From assembly GCA_964388155.1 (NCBI GenBank), contig CAYLYH010000002.1, forward strand, positions 9,887 through 73,886: a stretch of DNA of 64,000 nt, written 5' to 3'. Below the pieces are notes generated by a model, which made no database searches, was not told the DNA's origin, and saw only the letters and a list, made by a program, of their open reading frames with translations. The position numbers were made by a program, and so were the translations under genes. The stretch comes from an uncultured bacterium (GTDB lineage: Bacteria; Fidelibacterota; Marinisomatia; Marinisomatales; JACNKV01). This document shows positions 10,531 to 19,551 of this stretch, piece by piece (positions within the stretch are counted from its first letter, which is position 1; the number at the start of each line of letters is the position of its first letter).

Positions 10531-12657
10531 CTACCGAATCACAATAAATTTAATCATCCCCGTATCTTCATTAGAAAACTTTATTTCTTGGGTTTCGGTG
10601 TCATGCAATTCAGCTGTTACTCGTATATGTGCAATATATATTCCACTTACCAATACTTGTCGGTTCTTTGTGATTAGATTCCAAGTCTCATCGCCACTGC
10701 CATCCCGATGATAAATGGTTTTAATAAGGTCCCCTCTTTCAGTATAAATATTGATATCACACTGTCCGGGGATATCCAAAAACATTATTTTATCACGTTC
10801 AGATGGATATTGTAATCTAGTAGCTGAAAAGTGATAGGGATTTGGAACGACACGCACATCTTTAAAACTACTACCTGCTTGCCGTCTTAAATATGCAGGG
10901 GTGTTAGTCTTTGTAAAATACCTACTACTTTCTAATGGACCTCTAGGATTAAGAATCCCTTCCATATTTAATGAGCCATCGGTGAAAGAAGAGATATAAT
11001 AGTAATACGAAAATCCACGAATTGCTGACATATCTTCAAAATCATGTACATTAGGTGTGGCTTCATAAATCAACTCATAGGTGGTGTCAGGTTTTCCCGT
11101 CGCTCTATATAATCGATATCCGGCAAAGTTACTCTCATTTTGAGAAGGACTCTCTTGCCATGACAGGTAAATCCGATCACCACCTGATTGTACATTAAAC
11201 ATAATTGGTGGCTGCGGGGGTTTCGGAATATTAAATGCTGAATCATAATTTCGTTTTGCCCTACTAAATGTTAGGAGTATTGAATCCTTCCCTGTAAATA
11301 CCCAACTTCGTTTATACTGGTCTTTATCGCTGGTCGTCGTTTCATCTGGAAGAATAAATGGTCCATTGTCGTTTGGATCATCATAAGCTAACTTCCAACG
11401 TTCTCCCACAGATTTACATCGTTCACGGCTAATACCATTTATTCCCTCAGCCTCTACAATTGATATACTTTCACCATGAGCTAAATTAAATGGTCCGTAT
11501 GTAATCATTACATTAGTACCTCCACCATCTGAATGTACCGTATAAGGATCTGGATTAGTTACATAGACTTCATCAAATCTCTCATTTCCACCTTTCCCAA
11601 GAAAGGGATTGCCACTTAACATATCATAAAGGTTAATCATGCTTAACTCGTCCGATGGCCTAAGATCACCAACTCCAGGATATGTATCTCCGGCATGCCA
11701 ACCCAAAAATACAGGCTGCATAGGGTCATCTGCTTTAATTGTACCACTTTGATCAACATGAATTACAACTGTACCCGCATGGTGCGGTGAAGTTAGCCTA
11801 CCTTTTTCTGAAAGATCCGGAGCACCAATATTATCGAAGGTATTTCTCCCGGCCTGTCCTGCCCAAGAGAAGCCGCATCTAAGCCATTCTACTATTGAAT
11901 TTTCTTCAGTAATTGTCTCCAAATAATGCCGTAAGTAATTCTCCCCTCTTTTTGTTACCATTGAATGCTTTCCCCAGGATTGTCCATCTCCAATATTCCA
12001 AGTCCCCTCTCTTCCTCCACTATACCTGGTACCCCATCCAACACGAACTCCGCGCAATGAATCTGACAACTCTATTTCTTGATCCCAATCAGTATTCCCC
12101 GTGTTTGTAAATGTGAATACTTTTATAAAATAGTTATCATGATACTGCTGTGAGAACGCATAAATCTTTCTCTCCATTGTCAAACCCATAGAAGTATTAA
12201 CAATATTGGTTATTAGACGATCAGAAGGCAAACTCAGATCAATTTCGTCAACATCCTTTGAATAAAGAGTCGAAATATCTTTCCCATCAACATAAACCGT
12301 CGGGGATTGAAATTTAGCCGTCTGCTTTAATTCCACAGGAAATAATCCACTGCCTACATAGTCCATTGCAAAATATAATCCATATTTACTCCAGTGATAA
12401 TTTGTTTCGTCCGTAAAATCCTCGCAGGCAACCCACGATCGTTTAATCACCGAATTATCTTGAAAATTATAGTCAGCCGGCCATCGCAATCCTTCGTAAT
12501 ATGAATTATTCCATGCTCGTTCCGATCCATAGGCGGAAAAGTGGCTCTGTAAAGAGCCAACTCTAATATACCGTTTTGATGTTTCATTAACCTGCCCGTT
12601 CAAGGATGAAAGAACGCCTATCAACATTAGTATGTAAAGTCCTTTGTTAAAATTCAA
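10531..12657 (-). CDS. Uncharacterised secreted protein with FnIII-like domain and variant T9SS/FlgD-type C-terminal domain (TBDR partner 1)
   Basis: Signal peptide. PKPPQPP...SGGDRIYLSW...FAGYRLYR. C-terminus VRVVPNPY...INIYTERGDLIKTI...GDETWN...SGIYIAHI...KFIVIR. Overlaps the upstream TBDR stop by 11 nt. Confidence 0.75.
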   Translation of the reverse strand: MNFNKGLYILMLIGVLSSLNGQVNETSKRYIRVGSLQSHFSAYGSERAWNNSYYEGLRWPADYNFQDNSVIKRSWVACEDFTDETNYHWSKYGLYFAMDYVGSGLFPVELKQTAKFQSPTVYVDGKDISTLYSKDVDEIDLSLPSDRLITNIVNTSMGLTMERKIYAFSQQYHDNYFIKVFTFTNTGNTDWDQEIELSDSLRGVRVGWGTRYSGGREGTWNIGDGQSWGKHSMVTKRGENYLRHYLETITEENSIVEWLRCGFSWAGQAGRNTFDNIGAPDLSEKGRLTSPHHAGTVVIHVDQSGTIKADDPMQPVFLGWHAGDTYPGVGDLRPSDELSMINLYDMLSGNPFLGKGGNERFDEVYVTNPDPYTVHSDGGGTNVMITYGPFNLAHGESISIVEAEGINGISRERCKSVGERWKLAYDDPNDNGPFILPDETTTSDKDQYKRSWVFTGKDSILLTFSRAKRNYDSAFNIPKPPQPPIMFNVQSGGDRIYLSWQESPSQNESNFAGYRLYRATGKPDTTYELIYEATPNVHDFEDMSAIRGFSYYYYISSFTDGSLNMEGILNPRGPLESSRYFTKTNTPAYLRRQAGSSFKDVRVVPNPYHFSATRLQYPSERDKIMFLDIPGQCDINIYTERGDLIKTIYHRDGSGDETWNLITKNRQVLVSGIYIAHIRVTAELHDTETQEIKFSNEDTGMIKFIVIR

Positions 12658-15600
12658 TTTGAACTCCTATCGAAATATCTCTTGGATCAAGAAAAGTCAG
12701 ACTTCTAAAGTTAGGCATATCAATATACGCTTTAGTTCTTAGTATTTCTTTATCTCTTCTTGTCGGATTATTCGGGTCAATTGGATTGTATGGAGTATAC
12801 TCAACGTTAGGCAATCGATAATCCCCAAGTCGATCATTGCCGCTCTCAGTTCCTTCTTCCCAAGACAGATGCAAGGATTCAATATAATCTACATAATCAT
12901 AGTAATCAGAAAATCCTGAGTAGCTCAGGAATCTCAGATTTAATACATTGTAGATATCAGCAAATATTTTTACCTTAATGTTTGACACGTTGATTGTTCT
13001 ATCAATTCTTAAGTCTAGACCATACTTATCTTTCCACTGAACATTATCTCTAATTCCGGGTGTATTATCTGGATTATAAGTAGCAAAAGCGCCTGTTTTA
13101 TAGTAACCTATTGTGCTAAATATCCAATTCGATAACGGATAGAATTCACTCAACACTTTTGGTCCAAAATTTACGGGAGTATAAAAACTAAGTTGAGTCC
13201 TGATATATGGCCTGGGGTTTGGTTTCTCCTGATAAATATTAGTTCTTTCGTACTCACTCTGAAGATTAGGGTCTTGAAAATATTTTAACAAACCAAAATA
13301 TCCTGATGTTTTCACCAAATATGTAAAATTCATAAATCCGGAGAACCATTTACCACGTGACTTAGAAAAAGAAAGTTCCAATCCGCGAATATCCTCGTAG
13401 TTATTATTGGACGCTTTCTTATATTGCACAGAATTATCTACATTCTGGTAATAAACCCACCCTGATTGATCGGTAACATCTTTATAATATGCAGTTATAT
13501 TGACTAACAATGAATTATTGAAACTTTTTGAGTATCCAACTTCGTAAGCGATTGTCCTTTCTAATGACATATCCGGGTTTCCCATATGAGTAACAAGACC
13601 GTTGGACTCTCTTTGTAATCTAAACCTATATGCAGAAGCCGGTTCAGAATAGAAATGACCATAGTTAAAATAAAGTTTTGAATCGTCTGTAATGGGATGT
13701 GAAATCCCGAGGCGTGGGCTTGCAGTTATCACAGATTTTGATTTAGTCTTTTCAACTTCCTCTTCAATATCATTGCCTAATCCTTGAGAATAATACTCAT
13801 CATAAACATCTAAAGTATATATGTCAGCGTTGGCGGATGAAATTTCTGCGCGAACACCTATATTTGCAATAAACCCTTCGGTTTCTATTTTGTCTTGTAT
13901 ATATATTGCACCACGATAAGGAGAAATATTATATACCAAACTTCTGTTCCAAGTAGACATAGAAGGATTTACAGTTGACGATTTTACATTATAATTATTT
14001 ATAGTAAAACTTAATCCTGACTTTAGCTGGTGCCGGTTGTTTATTTGGTTTACATAATCCAACCTTCCAAGTATAGTTGAGTTGACTGTTTTATCTCTAC
14101 CAAGATTCATCCACCCTCCAATACTCATTCCATCATAACCTGTCTCTCCATACCCCCAATATCCATAAGGTGCTTCATCTACAAAATAATTTGGAATTAC
14201 TTCGTTGGTTTTACTCGTGTCACGTTCTTCTATTTGATACGTGTTATACTGATTATTCATATACTGAAGAATAAACTCAAAATACTCATTAGGATTAAAC
14301 ATGTGGTTGATCTTCAATCCGAACATTTTACGGGAAATAGTTGTTGGAGAATAATAACCAGGCATGAATATAATACTGTTACCGGAGCTTCCATTGATGA
14401 TATTTGCAACATCATATGTTGACTCCAGTACCGAACCTGTTGGAGTTGTTTTCCATACATAGGGAGATACAGAATGCGTTTCCCCCAATAATGTAGTTAT
14501 GTTTACTTTTGTTTGTTTTGACAAATGTGCGAGAAGTTTAAGACGTGTAGAATAGTCAATATTTCCATCCATTGATAACGGTATAACAAACATGTTTTCT
14601 TTATGATGATGGCTAAGAGAAAATCTAAGATTTTTATTCTGAACTCCAAGAAATACTGGTAACGGGCCACCAATTGTCGCATCAAAATATTGATCAGGTC
14701 TTTTTATTACTCCATTTCTTCTATGTTGAAATTCAAATAATTTTTGTAAACCTTCAGGTGTTAAGTCATTATTTGGGCTATCATCATTCATTAGTATATA
14801 TGATATTTCATTCCAACCCTCAAAAGCAGGATATTGTTTCTTCCTCTGCTCATCCCAACTTCCATTATCAGTACCAGTCCAACAGACATCGTTATCGAGA
14901 TAGGGTCTTAAAAAATACGAATTAGTATCATAAACTGAGGTATCAAAATGTTTTTGGGCAGGTGGACTATAATTCATCATAAACGATCCATGATACTCGG
15001 ATAGGGAAGCATCATCAGTTATTATGTTTATCACTCCGGAACGAATATTTCCATATTCAGCATTAAATCCACCAGTTTGAACTTGTACTTCTTTGACAGT
15101 ACTCAGGCTAACAGATGTATAAGGCTTGTTTGACCTCTCATCATTCAGTAAAAATCCATCCACCATAAATGCAGACTGCGATTCTGAGCTTCCTCTAATT
15201 TCCAACCCTTCAATCCCTGCTTGTAACCCAATAACTTGAGAAATATCCGTTACCGGAAGAAACGCAATGTCATCCGACTCAATATTTAAGTAGCTGCCTG
15301 AAACACCCATATCTACAATGTTTTTGTTAGCTTGAACGACAATTTCATCAAGCGTTAATACTTCGGTAGACATTTTAATATTTCCAACATCTGTAGTTTG
15401 ATTAATATCAACTCTAACATTCCTCATTCTAACGCTTCCGTAACCAATCATAGATAATCGTAAATCATATGTACCGGGGGAAATATTAATTATTACAAAA
15501 GCGCCCTCCGAATCTGCTGAAGACCCCATCGATGAATTAACAATACTAATGTTTGTCCCTGGTAATCTTTCTCCTGTATCTTTATCACTAATCACACCGC

Positions 15601-15700
15601 GAACTTTTCCGGTAGTACCACCATAAATAAAACTAAGCAATAAAAAGACAAAAGATAGCATTTGGAGTCGAATTAATTTTAATTTAATTTGGCTGAACAT
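12647..15700 (-). CDS. TonB-dependent receptor with N-terminal carboxypeptidase-regulatory-like domain (TBDR 1)
   Basis: GKVRGVISDKDTGERLPGTNI N-domain, TonB-box-like DEIVV, plug IRGSSESQSAFMVDG...GGFNAEYGNIRSGVINIIT, C-terminal PRDISIGVQIEF. Confidence 0.9.
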   Translation of the reverse strand: MFSQIKLKLIRLQMLSFVFLLLSFIYGGTTGKVRGVISDKDTGERLPGTNISIVNSSMGSSADSEGAFVIINISPGTYDLRLSMIGYGSVRMRNVRVDINQTTDVGNIKMSTEVLTLDEIVVQANKNIVDMGVSGSYLNIESDDIAFLPVTDISQVIGLQAGIEGLEIRGSSESQSAFMVDGFLLNDERSNKPYTSVSLSTVKEVQVQTGGFNAEYGNIRSGVINIITDDASLSEYHGSFMMNYSPPAQKHFDTSVYDTNSYFLRPYLDNDVCWTGTDNGSWDEQRKKQYPAFEGWNEISYILMNDDSPNNDLTPEGLQKLFEFQHRRNGVIKRPDQYFDATIGGPLPVFLGVQNKNLRFSLSHHHKENMFVIPLSMDGNIDYSTRLKLLAHLSKQTKVNITTLLGETHSVSPYVWKTTPTGSVLESTYDVANIINGSSGNSIIFMPGYYSPTTISRKMFGLKINHMFNPNEYFEFILQYMNNQYNTYQIEERDTSKTNEVIPNYFVDEAPYGYWGYGETGYDGMSIGGWMNLGRDKTVNSTILGRLDYVNQINNRHQLKSGLSFTINNYNVKSSTVNPSMSTWNRSLVYNISPYRGAIYIQDKIETEGFIANIGVRAEISSANADIYTLDVYDEYYSQGLGNDIEEEVEKTKSKSVITASPRLGISHPITDDSKLYFNYGHFYSEPASAYRFRLQRESNGLVTHMGNPDMSLERTIAYEVGYSKSFNNSLLVNITAYYKDVTDQSGWVYYQNVDNSVQYKKASNNNYEDIRGLELSFSKSRGKWFSGFMNFTYLVKTSGYFGLLKYFQDPNLQSEYERTNIYQEKPNPRPYIRTQLSFYTPVNFGPKVLSEFYPLSNWIFSTIGYYKTGAFATYNPDNTPGIRDNVQWKDKYGLDLRIDRTINVSNIKVKIFADIYNVLNLRFLSYSGFSDYYDYVDYIESLHLSWEEGTESGNDRLGDYRLPNVEYTPYNPIDPNNPTRRDKEILRTKAYIDMPNFRSLTFLDPRDISIGVQIEF

Positions 15701-15821
15701 ATTTTATCATCAAATGATGTAGTGAAGTTAATGAGAATTTTACATTCCGAATAAAACATTTTGGTAAATAATGGAATTAATTCAATAAATTCCCACAACA
15801 AAATCACACAATTTTTCACCA

Positions 15822-17234
15822 TTGAATTTCTTAAACATACTTCGACTGTCGCTATCATTGCTTATTCTTTCGGGATGCAGTCAAATTCCGAATATTCATC
15901 AGACGGACGGTAGCCTACTTCTGATCAGGAATATTAATAAAGTGATCGAATCTTCAAAATTGCAGCCGAATCTTGGAATTAAAGTTGTTTCTCTTAATTC
16001 CGGAAAAACTCTTTATTCACTTAATTCCGATCATCTGTTTACACCCGCCAGCAACAATAAACTTTATACGGCAGTTACTTCTCTGAAATTCTTATCACCT
16101 GACTTCCGTTTTTCTACGTCCGTTACCCATAAAAATAAAAATATCGCTATCATCGGAGGAGGAGATCCTGACCTAACCTTGAATCAGCTGGATACACTTG
16201 CCCAAGTCGTCAGTCATGCAACGACTCAAATCGATACGCTTTTTATAGATGATACGTATTTTGATTCCGTTCATTATGGCGAAGGCTGGATGTGGGATGA
16301 AGGGCATTGGTGGTATGTCGCTCCTGTAAGCGCTCTTACAATAAATGATAATTGCATGGATTTTTACATTTCTCCCGGCGATATCGGCAAACCTGTCAAT
16401 TACGAGATTTCACCGAATACCGATTTTATTTTGGTAACAAACAATTCCGTTACCGTTAATGATACCACCGGATTTGAAAAATTCTCCATTGATCGTGATT
16501 GGTTTAATCACACTAATAATTTTATAATTACCGGTTATCTCATGGATACAACCGCCACAGATACATTTTACCGCAATATAGAAAATCCTGCCCTTTATAC
16601 CGGCACCGTCTTCAAAGAAATGCTTGAATCATACGACGTTACCATAAACACAATTGTAAAAGGTGTTATGTACGGCAAAACCCAAATTGGCACTGAAGTC
16701 AATTCTCCTCCGCTGATAGAATCGGTTACAAACCTGATGAAAGAAAGTGATAACCTTACCGCAGAGATGTTGGTAAAAACAATCGGACACGAATCTTCTG
16801 GCAGTCAGGGCAACTGGATAAACGGACTTACCGCTGTAAAAAAGTTTCTCCAAAACGAAATCGGGATTGATACAACGATGTTAAGACTCGCCGACGGCTC
16901 TGGAGTTTCACGATACAATCTTTCCACGCCCAGCCAATTTATCAAATTACTAACTTATGCCTATCTATCACCGGATTTCAGGGATACGTTTATCTCTACA
17001 CTACCGACCGGAGGCTGGGACGGAACTCTGAAGAACCGCCTGAAAACTGAGGTTGGAAAAAGAATTCATGCTAAAACCGGTACCCTCTCCGGGGTAAGCT
17101 GCCTGTCCGGATATGCATTCCCACTGTCGGGTGAACCATTGGCATTTTCAATCATGATAAACGGCTATGTCGGTTCTGCCAAACCTTACCGTAAACTTCA
17201 AGATGATATTTGTAAAATACTCGTCACTCATTAA
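15822..17234 (+). CDS. dacB: D-alanyl-D-alanine carboxypeptidase/endopeptidase, peptidase S13 (PBP4 type), lipoprotein
   Basis: SxxK (PASNNKL), SxN (KESDN), KTG (HAKTGTLSGV) and the DGSGVSRYN motif. Lipobox LSGC. Confidence 0.92.
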   Translation: MNFLNILRLSLSLLILSGCSQIPNIHQTDGSLLLIRNINKVIESSKLQPNLGIKVVSLNSGKTLYSLNSDHLFTPASNNKLYTAVTSLKFLSPDFRFSTSVTHKNKNIAIIGGGDPDLTLNQLDTLAQVVSHATTQIDTLFIDDTYFDSVHYGEGWMWDEGHWWYVAPVSALTINDNCMDFYISPGDIGKPVNYEISPNTDFILVTNNSVTVNDTTGFEKFSIDRDWFNHTNNFIITGYLMDTTATDTFYRNIENPALYTGTVFKEMLESYDVTINTIVKGVMYGKTQIGTEVNSPPLIESVTNLMKESDNLTAEMLVKTIGHESSGSQGNWINGLTAVKKFLQNEIGIDTTMLRLADGSGVSRYNLSTPSQFIKLLTYAYLSPDFRDTFISTLPTGGWDGTLKNRLKTEVGKRIHAKTGTLSGVSCLSGYAFPLSGEPLAFSIMINGYVGSAKPYRKLQDDICKILVTH

Positions 17235-17275
17235 CTCAAATTTTTTCCTCCTAATCATAATCTTAATCCAATAAC

Positions 17276-18205
17276 ATGATAAAACCTCCAAAACTCAAAT
17301 CAAACGCCACCATCGGAATTATAAATCCTTCCTATTGGCTGGATGAAGAAAAGTTTAATCGAACAGCAAAAATATTCACCGACCGCGGATTTAACATTGC
17401 CCGCGGAAAATCAACGTACTTAAAAAGTAATCTATTTGGCGGGACACCGGAAGATCGCGCTCAGGATATTATGGATATGTTTGTAAATCCTGATATTGAT
17501 GCTATCATCTGCGCACGCGGCGGTTACGGTGCTAATCGGGTACTTCCTCTTCTGAATTATGACGTGATCAAAGCCCATCCGAAAATATTCATGGGATACA
17601 GTGACATCACTGCATTTAATACGTCGATTACGCAAAATACTGGATTAGTCACTTTCCACGGGCCAATGTTGGTCACCTTCAGTGATGGATATGTTGAGTA
17701 CGATTTTTCGCATCTGATAAAAACATTATCGGGGAATTCACCTCACATCATATCATCGCCGAATGAACTCCCTGCCAAAATACTTAAATCCGGCATAGCT
17801 GAAGGACCGCTTTGGGGCGGGAATCTTTGCTTACTCCTGAATCGTCTGGGCACATTGGATCAATTGGACACGAATGGAGCAATCCTATTTATCGAAGATA
17901 TCGGGGAAAAGTTATACAGATTCGACCGGATGATGTATCACATGAAAACAGCAGGAATGTTCGAGAACATTAAAGGACTTATAATCGGTGAATTGGTTGC
18001 CATGGAAGACACTAATCCACCGTTCGGAAAAACATCAAATGAAATTGTCATGGATGTTTGCGGAGATCTCGATATCCCGATTGTTACTAACTTCCCGTGC
18101 GGGCATGGTAAATATCAGGCTACTATGCCGATATCAATTCCGGTTGAACTAAACACCAACGGAGAGTTACCAACATTAACACTTATGGAATCACCGGTAA
18201 TCTAG
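17276..18205 (+). CDS. ldcA: LD-carboxypeptidase, peptidase S66 (LdcA/MccF family), no signal peptide
   Basis: ARGGYG, catalytic Ser (GYSDIT), Glu (FIEDIGE) and His (PCGHG). Confidence 0.88.
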   Translation: MIKPPKLKSNATIGIINPSYWLDEEKFNRTAKIFTDRGFNIARGKSTYLKSNLFGGTPEDRAQDIMDMFVNPDIDAIICARGGYGANRVLPLLNYDVIKAHPKIFMGYSDITAFNTSITQNTGLVTFHGPMLVTFSDGYVEYDFSHLIKTLSGNSPHIISSPNELPAKILKSGIAEGPLWGGNLCLLLNRLGTLDQLDTNGAILFIEDIGEKLYRFDRMMYHMKTAGMFENIKGLIIGELVAMEDTNPPFGKTSNEIVMDVCGDLDIPIVTNFPCGHGKYQATMPISIPVELNTNGELPTLTLMESPVI

Positions 18206-18356
18206 TTGAAAGTAATAAGTATAAAGTTCAAAGTAAATTGCGTGAATGGTGAACGATTACACCAACCCATCACAAGTAACCAATTTACCCCCGAAAAAAT
18301 ACGGGGTCATCACTACGTTACGACAATAACCTATTTACAACTCACAAGGAGATATA

Positions 18357-18992
18357 ATGCTTAACTACATTTGGTTTGGATTGATGGCCATCGCATTGAT
18401 CGTCGGTGCCATCAACGGAACATTAACCGACGTTACTCAAGCCGCAATTGGATCTGCAAAGACAGCCGTTGATATTGCGTTAGGTCTAATCGGTATTATG
18501 GCGCTTTGGCTTGGCATTATGAAAATTGCCGAAGAAGGTGGTTTAATAAAAATACTTGCGCGAGCTATTCGACCTTTGGCAAGATTTCTTTTTCCGGAAG
18601 TACCGGATGGTCATCCTGCTATCGGCGCTATAATGATGAATGTTACTGCCAACTGGCTCGGTCTGGGAAATGCCGCCACTCCGCTAGGGTTAAAAGCTAT
18701 GGAGCAGCTGCAGTCACTAAATCCTACCAAAGATACTGCTACAAATTCACAAATCACATTTCTGGCAATAAACACTGCCAGTATCACATTTATTCCGATG
18801 ACGATCATCGCTATCCGTTCTGAGTTGGGTTCTGCCAATCCATTTGAGATTATCAGTACCGGTATATTTGCTTCAACGATGGCGTGTATTGCAGCTATTA
18901 CTGCATCGAAATTATTACAGCGATTACCCGGGAATAAAAAAAGCGACCCGATGTTACAAAATTTTGATGCAAAGGAGGTTAACAATGGATAA
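18357..18992 (+). CDS. spmA: SpmA family membrane protein (nucleoside-recognition Gate domain)
   Basis: MLNYIW...LGLIGIMALWLGIMKIAEEGGL...LFPEVP...ANWLGLGNAATPLGLKAMEQLQ...FLAINT, the canonical SpmA signature. AAGGAG SD upstream. Confidence 0.9.
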   Translation: MLNYIWFGLMAIALIVGAINGTLTDVTQAAIGSAKTAVDIALGLIGIMALWLGIMKIAEEGGLIKILARAIRPLARFLFPEVPDGHPAIGAIMMNVTANWLGLGNAATPLGLKAMEQLQSLNPTKDTATNSQITFLAINTASITFIPMTIIAIRSELGSANPFEIISTGIFASTMACIAAITASKLLQRLPGNKKSDPMLQNFDAKEVNNG

Positions 18993-19530
18993 TCTGTTTA
19001 CATCCATAATGCAATCTATTTCCAATGGTGCTGTACCATTTATTCTGTTCGTTGTTATCACAATTGGGATGATCAAAAAGGTCAAAGTTTATGAAGTTTT
19101 TGTCGATGGCGCAAAAGAGGGTTTTGACGTTGCCATTCGCATTATACCCTATCTCGTAGCTATTTTGGTCGCCATCGGGATGTTTCGCGCTTCCGGTGCA
19201 ATGGAATGGTTCGTCAAATTGATTTCCCCTGCAACAAATTTGATTGGCATGCCGGCTGAGACGCTTCCGGTTGCTCTGATGCGTCCCCTTTCCGGCAGTG
19301 GTTCTCTGGGCATTGTAACAGAACTTATCAATCAACATGGACCTGATTCCTTTATTGGCCGTCTATCTTCCACCTTCTTTGGTAGCACAGAAACAACATT
19401 CTATGTTCTTGCTGTCTATTTCGGTGCAGCCGGGATTCGTAAATCCCGCCACGCAGTTGCAGCAGGTTTGATTGGTGATGTGGTCGGCATTTTATCAGCA
19501 GTATTTATTTGTAGAGTTTTGTTCTTGTAA
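18985..19530 (+). CDS. spmB: SpmB family membrane protein
   Basis: KVKVYEVFVDGAKEGF...IIPYLVAILVAIGMFRASGA...LMRPLSGSGS...STETTFYVLAVYFG. Start at ATG 18985 after AAGGAGG and overlapping the spmA stop; the ORF-track start at 18844 is too far upstream. Confidence 0.9.
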   Translation: MDNLFTSIMQSISNGAVPFILFVVITIGMIKKVKVYEVFVDGAKEGFDVAIRIIPYLVAILVAIGMFRASGAMEWFVKLISPATNLIGMPAETLPVALMRPLSGSGSLGIVTELINQHGPDSFIGRLSSTFFGSTETTFYVLAVYFGAAGIRKSRHAVAAGLIGDVVGILSAVFICRVLFL

Positions 19531-19551
19531 TTTTGAACTCCCGTTTATTAA

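Noticed and set aside
7309-15700. Calling the receptors susC and the partners susD
   Set aside because: The receptors lack SusC/RagA signatures. The partners have no lipobox or TPR-type SusD features and carry a CTD instead.
840-15700. Impression that the TBDR operon is more AT-rich than the rest (possible foreign origin)
   Set aside because: I could not compute GC or codon usage; a sliding-window analysis is needed before making the claim.
18209-18307. Four AAGTnnn heptamers and a CCCCG-AAAAAATA-CGGGG hairpin upstream of spmA
   Set aside because: Too short and degenerate to call a riboswitch, terminator or repeat family without a covariance search.
18357-19530. spmA/spmB as evidence of sporulation
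   Set aside because: The genome is clearly diderm (TBDRs, PorV), and SpmAB homologs occur in non-sporulating bacteria.
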